Assembly (NCBI GenBank): GCA_964291295.2
Contig: OZ219754.1
Location: 1,216,001-1,280,000, forward strand
Direction: 5' to 3'
DNA: 64,000 bases
From: an uncultured Candidatus Binatia bacterium
GTDB lineage: Bacteria > Desulfobacterota > Binatia > UBA9968 > JAJDTQ01
Shown here: piece by piece, positions 1 to 10,381 of the stretch
Position numbering within the stretch: position 1 is the first letter of the stretch
How the letters are laid out: each line of letters starts with the position of its first letter
Notes under the pieces: model-generated
What the model was told of the DNA's origin: nothing
The model's input: only the letters and a program-made list of their open reading frames with translations
The model's database searches: none
Program-made: the position numbers and the translations under genes

Positions 1-3000
1 GTCAGGTAGCCCAGGCCCACCTCGTCCAGGAACCGCAGCTTGTGCTGGATCTCCTTCCGGGTCTTTTGCAGTACCAGCCGTTCCTTGTCGCCGCTCTCCC
101 TGGCGAGCCGTTCCCCCAGCGAGGCGAAGCGGCCCAGCGCCTCCTTTACCGACAGCGCCGTGATCTGCCAGATGGCCTTGCCGGCGATGCGGACATTGCG
201 CGCCCGCGGGTTGAGGCGGGCGCCCTGGCAGGCCCCGCAGGTGCGCTCGCTCATGAACGAGGCCAGATAGCCGGCCAGCGCGCCGTCGCCCTTGACCCGC
301 AGCCCGGCGAGCAGCGCCAGCAGGCCGGGGACCGACGGCCGCTTGCGTCCGTGGAGCACGGCCTGCCGCTGGCTCGGCGACAGTGCGCCGAGGGGCGTGA
401 CGCCCGAAACGCCGAGCTTTTGCTGCAACTCCGCCTGGCGCTGGCTCAACTGCCGCTTGAGTGCGGCACCCCCTTCGGGTGCCCCGGCGCACAGCCGGTT
501 CACCACGTCGTTGAGGCTCCACCCGGGCTCGGCAACGATCCGATCGGCATCGAACTCCTGGGCGGAACCCGCGCCGCCGCACTCCGGGCAGGCGCCCTGG
601 CGGCTGTTGAAGGAGAACAGCCTGGGGTCCAGGGGCTCGTAACCGACGCCGCAGGCGCGGCAGAAGAGGCGTTCGTTGTAGGTCTCCTCGGCGCCGTCCG
701 AGAGCACATGGATGACCCCGTTGCCCAGGCGCAGGCCTTGGCTCAGCACCGTCTCCATGCGCACGCGCCCGGCCTGGACGGTGTCCACGACGATGTCGAT
801 GTCGTGCTCGTGGAACCGCCCGAGCCCCTGCTGGAGCAGCCCGGCGTTCAGGACCGTGAGGGTTCCGTCAATGCGGGCGCGGACGTAACCCAGCCGCCGC
901 GCCGCCGTCAGCACGTCCTTGTGGTAGCCTTTGCGCCCGCGCACCACCGGACTCAACACGGTGATTTCCCTGCCGCGGTATTTTCGCCCCACCCGGTCCA
1001 GGATGCGGCTGCGGGTGAGCGAGGTGATGGCGCCGCCGCACTGCGGGCAGTACTGCCGGCCGACCTTGGCGTAGAGCAGGCGCAGGTAGTGATAGAGTTC
1101 GGTGACGGTGGCGACCGTGGAGTTCCGTCCCCCCTGGCTCAGGCGCTGCTCGATGGCCACGGTGGGCGGAATGCCCGCCAGCATGTCCACATCCGGCCGG
1201 GCCATGATCTTCATGAACTGCCGCGCGTAGGCGGAGAGGCTGTCGATGTAGCGCCGCTGGCCGTCCGCGTAGATGATGTCGAAGGCCAGGGACGACTTCC
1301 CGGAGCCGCTCAGGCCGGTCACCACCACGAGGCGGTCCCGCGGAATGTCCACGTCGATGCCCTTGAGATTGTGCTCCCGGGCGCCGACCACCTGGATGGC
1401 GCCGCGCCCGTTGACGCGCCCCGCCGGGCGCGTCCCGGCCAGGGTCGGGGCAAACCGGTCCGACGCCGGCGCAAGGTGCGCCTTCAGGTAACGTCCGGTA
1501 TGGGAGCGCTCCACCGCCGCCACTTCCGCGGGTGTGCCCGTGGCCACCACCTCGCCGCCGCCGTCGCCGCCCTCGGGCCCCAGGTCGATGATGTGGTCCG
1601 CGCACTTGACGACCTCGGGATTGTGCTCGATCACCATCACCGAATGGCCCTGGTCGATGAGTTCCTGGAGCGCCGCGAGCAGCCGTCGGATGTCGTGGAA
1701 ATGCAGGCCGGTGGTGGGTTCGTCGAAGATGAACAGGGTGCCGGTCTTCGTCGCCCGGACGATGTGGGCAGCCAGCTTGAGGCGCTGGGACTCGCCGCCG
1801 GACAGGGTGGTGACCGGCTGGCCCAGCCGCAGGTAGTCGAGACCTACCCGCGCCAGCGGCCGCAGCCCGCGCACGATCTCCGGCTGGTCGCCGAAGAACT
1901 TCATGGCCTCGGCCACGGTGAGGCCGAGCACGTCGTGGATGTTCCTGCCGCGATAGGCGACCTCCCGAACCTCCTGGCGGTAGCGGGCGCCGCCGCATTC
2001 CGCGCAGGTGGCGTAGACGTCCGAGAGGAACTGCATCTCGACCTTTTCGAACCCTTCGCCGCGGCACGACTCGCAGCGCCCGCCTTCCACGTTGAAGGAG
2101 AAGGTGGAGGCGGTGTAGCCCCGGAACCGCGCCAGGTCCACGCCCGCGAACAGGCGCCGGATGGGGTCGAACGCCTTCATGTAGGTCACCGGGTTGGATC
2201 GGGGCGTCGAGCCCAGGGGAGACTGGTCCACCAGGATCACCTCGGGAACGCGTTCGACGCCGCGGATCTCTTCGCAGTCCGCCACGGTGGCCAGCGGCGA
2301 CGCCTTGAGGCGGCGGAGGTTGCGGGCGATGACCGCGTCCACCAGGCTCGATTTGCCCGAGCCGGACACGCCGGTGACGCACACCAGTCGGCCCAGGGGG
2401 ATGCTCACGTCGATGCCCTTGAGGTTGTTGGCGCGGGCGCCGCGGATGTCCAGGGTCCGTCCCGGTATCCGGGGCCGCCAACGGAGCGGCAGCGGGATGG
2501 TCTTGCGCTGGGTGAGATAGTCGGCGGTGAGGGAGGCGCCGGCGTTCAGCAGTTCGTCACAGGGGCCGGCGAACACCACCTCGCCGCCGTGCTCGCCGGC
2601 CCGCGGTCCCATGTCGATGACGTAGTCGCTCTCCTTGATGATCTCCGGGTCGTGCTCCACCACCACGACGGTGTTGTTGTTGGCGCGCAGCCGGTGCAGG
2701 ATCGCCACCAACCGGTGGCTGTCCCGCGGATGCAGTCCGATGGAGGGCTCGTCCAGCACATAGAGTGTGTTGACCAGCGAGGAGCCGATGGCGGTGGTCA
2801 GGTCCACCCGCTCAAGTTCGCCGCCGGACAGGGTCCGCGACTGCCGGTCCAGTGTCAGGTAGTCGAGGCCGACCCCCATGAGGTAATCCAGGCGGCGGCG
2901 GATCTCGTGGAGGATCAGTCCGGCAACCTGGTCGCTGCCCGGGTCCAGCTTCAGGGACTCGAAGCAGGCCTGGGCTTCGGCCACGCTCATGCGGCTTGTG

Positions 3001-4241
3001 TCGGCGATGGTGCGGCCGGCGATGAGGAAGTTCAGGCCCTCGGGCTTGAGGCGGGTTCCCTGGCAATCGGTGCAGGTCACGTAACGCCGGTAACGCGACA
3101 GGAAGACGCGCACGTGCATCTTGTAGCTCTTCCGCTCCAGCCAGTCGAACCAGCCGCGGACGCCGTAGTACTTGCCGTCCTGCCAGCTTCCTTCACCTTC
3201 GAGGATCAGCCGTTGGTGCTCCGGGTCCAGTTCGGCGAAGGGCCGCTCCAGCGGGATGCCCCGACGTTGGCAGAACTTGTCCAGTTCGCGCCGCTCCCAG
3301 CGCGCCACCCGCGTGGTCCATGGCTTGATGGCTCCCTCGGCGATGGACATGGAAGGGTCCGGGACCACCAGGTCGAGATCCAGGTCGATGGAGCGGCCGA
3401 ATCCGTGACAGGTCTCGCACGCACCCAGCGGGCTGTTGAAAGAGAAGAGATTGGGTTGGGGCTCGGCGTAGGACAGGTCGCAGGCGGCACAATGCAGGTG
3501 GTTGCTGAAGCCTTCGCGGCGCCAGCCGTTGTCCATGTCGTGCAGGTCCAGCCTGCCCTTGCCGAACTGGAAGGCCTGCTCCAGCGAGTCCGTGATCCGC
3601 TTGCGCGTGGAACGGCGGTACACGAAACGGTCGCCCACCACGTCGACGCCGCCGCCGGGCGGCTCGTCCAGCGCGCCGATGTCCACCAGCGCGCGGTCCC
3701 GCAGGAGCCGGTGAAACCCCGCCTGCAGCAGGCTTCCCCTGACGTCCTCCCACGGCAGCGACGGCGGCACCGGCACCGGGAAGGTCAGCACCCACCGGAG
3801 CCCCTCGCCCCGGGCTTCGAGTTGCCTGGCGATGGACGGGGCGCTGTCCTTGGTGACGACCTTGCCGCAGCCCGAGCAGTGGAGGACGCCGATCCTGGCG
3901 AACAGGAGCTTCAGGTGATCGTACAGCTCGGTCATGGTGCCCACCGTCGACCGGGAGGTCTTGACCGGGCGGGTCTGGTCGATGGCAATGGTGGGCGGGA
4001 TGTTCTCTACGGCCTCGACGTCCGGCTTCTCCATGCGGTCGAGGAACTGCCGGGCGTAGGCCGAAAAGCTTTCCACGTAGCGGCGCTGGCCCTCGGCGTA
4101 GAGTATGTCGAAGGCGACGGTGGACTTGCCCGACCCGCTGACGCCGGTCACCACCGTCAGCGCGTGGAGGGGGATCCGGAGATCGAGGTCCTTGAGATTG
4201 TTCTGCCGGGCGCCGCGGACGTGGATCCAGCCCGGATCCAC
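1..4241 (-). CDS. uvrA: Excinuclease ABC subunit A, tandem (double-length) UvrA; runs off the left edge
   Basis: Read manually (absent from the ORF track): GTG at 4241, [32 protein letters not shown]; second Walker [10 protein letters not shown] at ~2360; a second UvrA N-terminus [21 protein letters not shown] at ~1300-1390; LSGGE signatures and CxxC zinc fingers. Confidence 0.93.
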   Translation of the reverse strand, partial: MDPGWIHVRGARQNNLKDLDLRIPLHALTVVTGVSGSGKSTVAFDILYAEGQRRYVESFSAYARQFLDRMEKPDVEAVENIPPTIAIDQTRPVKTSRSTVGTMTELYDHLKLLFARIGVLHCSGCGKVVTKDSAPSIARQLEARGEGLRWVLTFPVPVPPSLPWEDVRGSLLQAGFHRLLRDRALVDIGALDEPPGGGVDVVGDRFVYRRSTRKRITDSLEQAFQFGKGRLDLHDMDNGWRREGFSNHLHCAACDLSYAEPQPNLFSFNSPLGACETCHGFGRSIDLDLDLVVPDPSMSIAEGAIKPWTTRVARWERRELDKFCQRRGIPLERPFAELDPEHQRLILEGEGSWQDGKYYGVRGWFDWLERKSYKMHVRVFLSRYRRYVTCTDCQGTRLKPEGLNFLIAGRTIADTSRMSVAEAQACFESLKLDPGSDQVAGLILHEIRRRLDYLMGVGLDYLTLDRQSRTLSGGELERVDLTTAIGSSLVNTLYVLDEPSIGLHPRDSHRLVAILHRLRANNNTVVVVEHDPEIIKESDYVIDMGPRAGEHGGEVVFAGPCDELLNAGASLTADYLTQRKTIPLPLRWRPRIPGRTLDIRGARANNLKGIDVSIPLGRLVCVTGVSGSGKSSLVDAVIARNLRRLKASPLATVADCEEIRGVERVPEVILVDQSPLGSTPRSNPVTYMKAFDPIRRLFAGVDLARFRGYTASTFSFNVEGGRCESCRGEGFEKVEMQFLSDVYATCAECGGARYRQEVREVAYRGRNIHDVLGLTVAEAMKFFGDQPEIVRGLRPLARVGLDYLRLGQPVTTLSGGESQRLKLAAHIVRATKTGTLFIFDEPTTGLHFHDIRRLLAALQELIDQGHSVMVIEHNPEVVKCADHIIDLGPEGGDGGGEVVATGTPAEVAAVERSHTGRYLKAHLAPASDRFAPTLAGTRPAGRVNGRGAIQVVGAREHNLKGIDVDIPRDRLVVVTGLSGSGKSSLAFDIIYADGQRRYIDSLSAYARQFMKIMARPDVDMLAGIPPTVAIEQRLSQGGRNSTVATVTELYHYLRLLYAKVGRQYCPQCGGAITSLTRSRILDRVGRKYRGREITVLSPVVRGRKGYHKDVLTAARRLGYVRARIDGTLTVLNAGLLQQGLGRFHEHDIDIVVDTVQAGRVRMETVLSQGLRLGNGVIHVLSDGAEETYNERLFCRACGVGYEPLDPRLFSFNSRQGACPECGGAGSAQEFDADRIVAEPGWSLNDVVNRLCAGAPEGGAALKRQLSQRQAELQQKLGVSGVTPLGALSPSQRQAVLHGRKRPSVPGLLALLAGLRVKGDGALAGYLASFMSERTCGACQGARLNPRARNVRIAGKAIWQITALSVKEALGRFASLGERLARESGDKERLVLQKTRKEIQHKLRFLDEVGLGYL

Positions 4242-4299
4242 GGTGGATGGGGGGCGGGCGGGCGGGCGGCCCGCCGCGGGTCCCGGCCTGGCCCCCGGC

Positions 4300-4599
4300 T
4301 TAGCCAATTCCCAGCTTCTGGCGTGCTTCCTCGCTGATCCGGCTCGGATCCCAGGGCGGATCCCACACCAGATCCACGTTGGCTTCCCGGACGCCGGGGA
4401 TCTCCATGATGAGCGACTGGGCGTTGCCCGCGATCATGCCGCCCATGCCGCATCCCGGTGCGGTCAGGGTCATCTTGACCGCCACGTTGTCGTCCTCCAC
4501 CTCGACGTCGTACACCAGGCCGAGATCCACGATGTTCACCGGGATTTCGGGGTCGTAACACTCCTGCAGCGCCTCGTAGACCTGTTCCTTGGTAACCAT
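4300..4599 (-). CDS. Fe-S cluster assembly protein, DUF59/SufT/MIP18 family
   Basis: DPEIPVNIVDLGLVY, MTLTAPGCGM, VWDPPW motifs. Confidence 0.92.
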   Translation of the reverse strand: MVTKEQVYEALQECYDPEIPVNIVDLGLVYDVEVEDDNVAVKMTLTAPGCGMGGMIAGNAQSLIMEIPGVREANVDLVWDPPWDPSRISEEARQKLGIG

Positions 4600-4611
4600 G
4601 ATTCCTCCGGG

Positions 4612-4917
4612 TCAACTTTTCCCGCATTCCCGGCATGGGCACAGCGAACGCAGGTAGTTGAAGGTGTAGATGCCGGTGACGTGCCCGTCGCTCCAGCGAA
4701 AACCGATGGCGTAGTTGCCCACCGGTTCGATGGCATCCAGCCCCGCGTCGGACACTTCCACGAAGCGTTTCGCGGCGGCCTCGTGTCCCTGGCAGAGGGC
4801 GCAGGGGCACCAGCCTCTCAGGTACTCCCTGGGATACTCGCCCGAGTGCCCGTCGTCCCAAGTGATGCGGACAATGCCCGAGGCCTTGACGTGATTGATC
4901 TCTACCGGAACGGCCAC
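4612..4917 (-). CDS. DUF971 (GBBH-like N-terminal) protein
   Basis: C-terminal part of ORF 4612..6237 from GTG 4917: ITWDDGH..YLRGWCPCALC..VGNYAI.FRWSDGH.TGIYTFNYLR. Confidence 0.88.
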   Translation of the reverse strand: MAVPVEINHVKASGIVRITWDDGHSGEYPREYLRGWCPCALCQGHEAAAKRFVEVSDAGLDAIEPVGNYAIGFRWSDGHVTGIYTFNYLRSLCPCRECGKS

Positions 4918-4946
4918 CGGTGTCCCGCCTGCTTCTCCGGTCCGGC

Positions 4947-6044
4947 TCAGGTGGTCACGATCTTGAGCCCGGGCGCCTTGCGGGCGGCCTCGGCGGCGAT
5001 GGAAAGCTGGCCGGCCAGCCGCGCCGCCACCTGCAGGAGAGCCTTTCCGGTGGGCGAGTCGGGCTCCCGGGCCAGGATCGGCGTTCCCTTGTCGCCCCAC
5101 TCGCGGATGGCGGCAACCATGGGGATCTCGCCGAGAAAGGGTACGCCGAAACTGTCGGCGGCCCGCTGGGCGCCGCCTCGGGAGAAGATCTCGTGCCGCT
5201 TGCCGCAGCCGTCGCACACGAACCCGCTCATGTTTTCCACCATTCCGACGATGGGGATCTGAACCTTGTCGAACATCGACTTGGCCCGCACCACGTCCGC
5301 CAGCGCCACGTCCTGGGGCGTGGCCACCAGCACCGCGCCGCTGCACTTGAGCTGCTGCGAGAAGGTGATCTGCACGTCGCCGGTCCCTGGCGGCATGTCC
5401 ACCACCAGATAGTCCAGGTCGCCCCAATGCACGTCGGACATGAGCTGCTGCAAGGCCTTGCCGAGCATGGGGCCGCGCCATATCACCGCCTGGTCCCGCT
5501 CCAGGAAGAACCCGATGGACATTACCGGCACGCCGTGGGCCGTCGGCGGCGCCAGCTTGACGCCGCCCTCCACCTCCACCTTGCCCGGCTCCTCCTTGAC
5601 GCCCATGAGGATGGGCACCGACGGCCCGTAGATGTCCGCGTCCAGGAGTCCCGCGGCGGCGCCGAGCATCCGGAGCCCAACCGCGAGGTTGGCCGCCACC
5701 GTGGACTTGCCCACGCCGCCCTTTCCTGCCGCCACCAGCACGATGTTCCTGACGCTCGGCAGGAGGTCGGTGGTGCCCGCGCCGGACTTGCTGCCGCGCA
5801 CCTGGGCGCCGAACTCGAGGGCCAGCTCCGAGACACCGAGGGGTGCCAGGGCCTGCTCCACGTCGGCCCTGATCCGGTCCTTGAGCGGGCACGCCGGCGT
5901 TGTCAACTCCACGGTCAGGGACACCTTGCCGTCCGACACCGCCAGGTTCTTCACCATGTCCAGGGCGACGATGTCCCTGTGCAGTTCGGGATCCTGGACG
6001 GTCGCGAGGGCTGCGAGAACGGTTTCCGGTGTGGCACTGGCCAT
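4947..6044 (-). CDS. apbC: Mrp/ApbC/NBP35 Fe-S carrier ATPase
   Basis: N-terminal DPEL..TTPACP domain, GKGGVGKST, DADIYGPS, WRGPM, DMPPGTGD, ENMSGFVCxxC. Confidence 0.95.
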   Translation of the reverse strand: MASATPETVLAALATVQDPELHRDIVALDMVKNLAVSDGKVSLTVELTTPACPLKDRIRADVEQALAPLGVSELALEFGAQVRGSKSGAGTTDLLPSVRNIVLVAAGKGGVGKSTVAANLAVGLRMLGAAAGLLDADIYGPSVPILMGVKEEPGKVEVEGGVKLAPPTAHGVPVMSIGFFLERDQAVIWRGPMLGKALQQLMSDVHWGDLDYLVVDMPPGTGDVQITFSQQLKCSGAVLVATPQDVALADVVRAKSMFDKVQIPIVGMVENMSGFVCDGCGKRHEIFSRGGAQRAADSFGVPFLGEIPMVAAIREWGDKGTPILAREPDSPTGKALLQVAARLAGQLSIAAEAARKAPGLKIVTT

Positions 6045-6208
6045 GTCGCTCCTCTTTTCCGCGTCGGTGTGGTGCTGCCGGAACCGCGTGCCGCAAGGTG
6101 TTCCGGCAGGCGGCGTCCCGGAGACGATGCCCCGAATGTGTTCCTCTCTCTCCCGCGCGCTGCCGGCATCGTGCGAAGGGTCGGGTCGTCAAGCCGGAGG
6201 ATAATTGA

Positions 6209-6237
6209 ACTATAGACTTGCGCAGCCCCGATTTCAA
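6209..6237 (-). promoter_or_regulatory. Sigma70-type promoter for the mrp-DUF971-sufT-uvrA operon
   Basis: Minus strand TTGAAA-17 nt-TATAGT in an AT-rich patch upstream of mrp. Confidence 0.65.
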
Positions 6238-6285
6238 TCTGCGTCGATCTGCGCGGGGGCGCCGGTTGGCCCGGAAGCGGCCGTC

Positions 6286-7812
6286 TCAGTCCGTCCGGTG
6301 CTCCGGTCGCAGCAGGTCCAGCACGCTCTTCACCGGGGCGAAGGTGTCGGCGGGCAACTCCACGAACACCGTGTTCCAGCGCGCCATGCCGCCGTTCCAG
6401 AGGCCCGGGTGCTCCAGCGCCTTGAGCGGGCGGCCGCGGCTGGACTTCACGGAGACGAAGGCGGCGCTGGGGTCGCGGAAGCGCATGAGGTCGAAGCCCG
6501 CCCCGGAGTGGTCGCGGAGGCCGCAGACCAGGTCCGCGGGGTTGAAGTGGGTGGCGGCGCCAAGCACCGCCCGCTGGCGCGGGTCGGTCATGTCCACCTG
6601 CGAAGACTCGACGATCTGAAGCGAGCCGGCGCCGTCGGAGCCCCTGACCCAGAAGGGGCCCCCGCCCGGTTCTCCCGCCGCCGGGACCATGCCGCACACC
6701 CGCAACGGACGATTCAGGGTCTCCCGCAGGAAGCGTACACGCCGGGCCATGGGCGCGCGCGCCAAGGCCGCCGGCGGCACCACGGACAGCGACGCGCGGG
6801 CGAAGTCCGCCGCTTCTTTCACCAACGACGGCGCCGCGTCCGGGCCGAGCCGCCGAAGATAGTCGAAAACCCGGGCCTGAAGCTCCACCAGAAGACCCGC
6901 CAGCGCCTTCCGGCAGCGGATGGCGGTACCCGGATGGGCCGAGACGTTGTCGATGTTCTGAATGAACACGATGTCGCCCCCGACCTCGTTCAGGTTCGCC
7001 AGCAGCGCGCCATGGCCCCCCGGCCGAAGCCACAGGCTGCCGTCCGGTTCCCGGAACGGTTGGTTGTCCGGCGTGGCCGCCAGGGTGTCGGTGGCGGGAC
7101 GCTGTTCCGACAGGGTCACTTCGAAATGTGTGTCCCGACCCTGGTGGCGGCGGCACGCGCCGGCGATGTGACGTTCCATGGCCGCACGATGTTCGGGCGA
7201 GACGGTGAAGTGGATCCGGGCGGTGCCGCGGCGGTCGCACGCATATGCGCGGGCTTCCATCAGATGCTCCGCCACGGGCGTGCGGACTCCGTCGGGATGA
7301 CGATGAAACGGGATCAGCGCCTTGGGCAGCCGGGCGTAGCCGAGTCCCGGGGTTTCGAGCAGGCAGTGCCGTATCGCATCGAACCGTCCGGTGGCGTGCA
7401 CGTGCGCGCCGCCATCCTTGAGCTTCGCCTCGAGCTCGGGATGGAAGGCGAACTCTTCCAGCCGCTCCATGAACTCCCGCAACGCCGGCGGTTCCCGCAG
7501 GTCGCGGACCGCCGCCGTGTCCGTGGCCGCCGGCGACAGCACCTGGAACAGCCGGGTGGCCACCCCGGACGCCGGAACGAACTTCAGGCATCGTCCGTCC
7601 CGAGCCGCCGCCTCGCCGCGCCGGCCAAGCCGTTCGAACTCGGCGCCGTCCAGGACCAGGATGCCGTCGCCCCGGGTGCAGGGGCGGTCGAGCCGGGCCC
7701 GGGGCATCCCGGCGGTGAGCGCCGCCAGTTGTTCCACAGCCAGCCCGGGGTCGATGCCGTGATCCCGGAGCTGCTGCAGGTCGCGCTCGGTGAACGGATG
7801 GAAAGCGGGCAT
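6286..7812 (-). CDS. DUF4301 family protein (nucleotidyltransferase-like)
   Basis: KFVPASG.ATR, PKALIPFH, RPGGHGALL.NL, GEPGGGPFWV, THFNP.DLVC, ALE.PGLWNG.MA.WNTVFVE. Confidence 0.9.
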   Translation of the reverse strand: MPAFHPFTERDLQQLRDHGIDPGLAVEQLAALTAGMPRARLDRPCTRGDGILVLDGAEFERLGRRGEAAARDGRCLKFVPASGVATRLFQVLSPAATDTAAVRDLREPPALREFMERLEEFAFHPELEAKLKDGGAHVHATGRFDAIRHCLLETPGLGYARLPKALIPFHRHPDGVRTPVAEHLMEARAYACDRRGTARIHFTVSPEHRAAMERHIAGACRRHQGRDTHFEVTLSEQRPATDTLAATPDNQPFREPDGSLWLRPGGHGALLANLNEVGGDIVFIQNIDNVSAHPGTAIRCRKALAGLLVELQARVFDYLRRLGPDAAPSLVKEAADFARASLSVVPPAALARAPMARRVRFLRETLNRPLRVCGMVPAAGEPGGGPFWVRGSDGAGSLQIVESSQVDMTDPRQRAVLGAATHFNPADLVCGLRDHSGAGFDLMRFRDPSAAFVSVKSSRGRPLKALEHPGLWNGGMARWNTVFVELPADTFAPVKSVLDLLRPEHRTD

Positions 7813-7900
7813 GGCAGCGGAGGTCGGGTTAGCGGGGCATGGCGGCGGAGGCCGGATGACAGCGAGCGGGCAGACGGGTGGTGTCGCGAGGCCGCCGGGG

Positions 7901-8374
7901 TCACGCCGGGTGTTTCGTCCGCCTGGCCGTCTTCACCCGTTCGTCGTCTTCGTCGTTCATGTACCCGCGGCAGTCCCCGGCGCCGCACACGCATTCATGC
8001 AGTTCGTCCGACTGGAGCCGGTAATCGAAGGTGATCTCCTCTCCTTCGGCGATGTGCCGTTCGGCGATGAACCAGATCCGGTTGCGGATGATGTCCACCC
8101 AGGCATTGCCGTCACAGGAGTGGTTGGCAAACCGCGCTTCGTTGCCGTTCAGCGAGCCGTCCACGTCGTACTTGTCGTTCAGGGTGAAGAGGTAGGTGAG
8201 CTCCTCGTCGTTCCTGGACAGGGTGGTGCCCTCGCCGGAAGGGACCTTCTCGCCCCTGTATTCGATGATGCGCCGGCCCCGTCTGATCCGTTCGCCGGCG
8301 AACAGACCGTCGCCGTGAATCGCGGACTTGTCCACGAACACCTTCGGAAGCGTGCGCTTCGACGCCTTTGCCAC
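7901..8374 (-). CDS. SET-domain protein-lysine methyltransferase
   Basis: SAIHGDGLFA, IIEYRGE, ARFANHSC, GEEITFDY, post-SET CxCG..CRG. Confidence 0.92.
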   Translation of the reverse strand: MAKASKRTLPKVFVDKSAIHGDGLFAGERIRRGRRIIEYRGEKVPSGEGTTLSRNDEELTYLFTLNDKYDVDGSLNGNEARFANHSCDGNAWVDIIRNRIWFIAERHIAEGEEITFDYRLQSDELHECVCGAGDCRGYMNDEDDERVKTARRTKHPA

Positions 8375-8665
8375 CCACGTCCTTTCCCCCGGCGAATATC
8401 GACAGCGGAGGAATCATACCATTCGCCGGGCGGAAAGTTGATTTGCCGGGATCGCATGACGGGAGAGCATTCCGCGCGACCGCGCGGGCCGACCCCGCGG
8501 CCCCTCACCCGCACCCGGGTTCGTCCGGACCGACAGCCCCGCACGTCCGGCCACCCGGCTCCATCGCCTTGCCGCTGTTCCGGTAATCCGGTACGAATAG
8601 CCCCCATCCGCCTCGTGACGACACGCGGGACCGGATGCCGAATCCATGAACAAGGAAGGGGAACG

Positions 8666-10381
8666 ATGGCCAGGACAACCCTGTTGAATGTGACCGTGGC
8701 GGATGCCTATCTGGCGCTGCTGGCGGACCGCGGCGTGGACTGCTTCTTCGCCAATGCCGGCACGGACTTTGCCCCCATCGTGGAGGCCATGGCCAAGGCG
8801 CGGTCGCTGGAGACCCGGATTCCCGAGCCGATCACCTGTCCGCACGAGAACACCGCGATGCACATGGCCATCGGCTACTATCTGGTGACCGGCAGGCCCC
8901 AGGCAGTGATGGTGCACGTCAATGTGGGCACCGCCAACGGCATGAACGGTTTTCTGAACGCCGCCCGCGGCAACATTCCCATGCTGTTCACCGCCGGCCG
9001 CACCCCGACCAACGAAGACGGGCTGGCCGGCCACCGGAGCCTGGACATCCACTGGACCCAGGAGATGTTCGACCAGGCTTCCATGGTGCGCGAGGCGGCC
9101 AAGTGGGACTACGAGCTGCGTAACGGCAGGCAGACGGAAACCATCGTGGACCGGGCGCTGTCGGTGGCTGGCAGCGAGCCCACCGGCCCGGTCTATCTGA
9201 GCCTCCCCCGGGAGGTCCTGGCCGAGCAGATGGACGAATTCACCTACGAATCGCCGGGACGCCAGCACGCGCCGGCGCCGCCCCGCCCCAACGCGGCGGC
9301 CACCGATGAGGCGGCGGCGCTGCTGGCCGGCGCCCGGAATCCGCTCATCATCACCAACTGGGCGGGCCGGAATCCGCGGGTGTGGCAGCCTCTGGGCGAG
9401 TTGGCCGAGCGCTACGCGGTCCCGGTGGTGCAATACCGCAACCGCTACATGTCGCTGCCCACGGATCACCCCATGAACCTTGGGTACGATCTCGTCCCGC
9501 TGCTGGGCCAGGCAGACGTCATCCTGGCCATCGACGTGGCGGTGCCGTGGCTCCCGGCCACCGACAAGGTGCGCGACGACGCCAAGGTCATCCACATGGG
9601 CGCGGACCCTCTGCACAGCTACGTGCCGTTGCGCGGCCACCCCTGCGACCTTGCGCTGGCGTGCGGCACCGACGTCGGCCTCGTGGTCCTGGCCGACGCC
9701 ATGTCCGCCCACGAAGCCCGGTTCCGGCAACAGATCGACAAGCGCCGGAAGGTGCTGGCGGAGATGTGGCGCACACAGCGCGAAGGCTGGGCGAAACGGC
9801 TTGACGAGGTCAGGGACCAGAAGCCGCTGCATCCGGTGTGGGTCACCCACTGCATCAACCAGATCAAGGACAACGACACCATCGTCGTGAAGGAGTCGCC
9901 GCTCGCCTCGTCGCACATCGACATCACGCAACCCGGCACGCTGCTCAACGCGGGCGCGGCCTCGGGCCTGGGGCACGGCCTTGGCGTGGCCCTGGGCGCC
10001 AAGCTCGCGGCCCGGGACCGGCTGGTGATCGGCACCCACGGCGACGGCTCCTACATGTTCGGCAATCCCGTCGCGAGCCACTACGTGGGGGCGGAGCAGA
10101 AGCTTCCCATTCTCACGGTGATCTTCAACAACCAGCGCTGGCAGGCGGTGCGCCGGGCCACCGTGGGACTTCATCCCGAGGGCTACGCGGCCCGGAGCCC
10201 CCATCAGCCCATCACCATGCTCGACAGCATCGACAAGTACGAAAAGGCGGTGGAGGCGGCCGACGGCTGTGGCCAGCGGGTGGAGGATCCCGCCGACCTC
10301 ATGCCGGCGCTGGAACGGGGCCTCAAGGCGGTTCGGGTGGAGCAGCGGCAGGCGGTGGTCAACGTGATCTGCTCGGCGTAG
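8666..10381 (+). CDS. Thiamine-pyrophosphate-requiring enzyme (acetolactate synthase/decarboxylase-like)
   Basis: ATG 8666 after a GGAAGGG RBS; FANAGTDF, PHENTAM, HVNVGTAN, GDGSY..NN TPP motif. Confidence 0.9.
   Translation: MARTTLLNVTVADAYLALLADRGVDCFFANAGTDFAPIVEAMAKARSLETRIPEPITCPHENTAMHMAIGYYLVTGRPQAVMVHVNVGTANGMNGFLNAARGNIPMLFTAGRTPTNEDGLAGHRSLDIHWTQEMFDQASMVREAAKWDYELRNGRQTETIVDRALSVAGSEPTGPVYLSLPREVLAEQMDEFTYESPGRQHAPAPPRPNAAATDEAAALLAGARNPLIITNWAGRNPRVWQPLGELAERYAVPVVQYRNRYMSLPTDHPMNLGYDLVPLLGQADVILAIDVAVPWLPATDKVRDDAKVIHMGADPLHSYVPLRGHPCDLALACGTDVGLVVLADAMSAHEARFRQQIDKRRKVLAEMWRTQREGWAKRLDEVRDQKPLHPVWVTHCINQIKDNDTIVVKESPLASSHIDITQPGTLLNAGAASGLGHGLGVALGAKLAARDRLVIGTHGDGSYMFGNPVASHYVGAEQKLPILTVIFNNQRWQAVRRATVGLHPEGYAARSPHQPITMLDSIDKYEKAVEAADGCGQRVEDPADLMPALERGLKAVRVEQRQAVVNVICSA

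Noticed and set aside
42-4337. 1431-aa plus-strand ORF
   Set aside because: Antisense shadow of uvrA in high-GC DNA; no motifs
4612-6237. 541-aa ORF as an Mrp-DUF971 fusion
   Set aside because: Different frame from mrp, which has its own stop at 4947; only the last 101 codons are real
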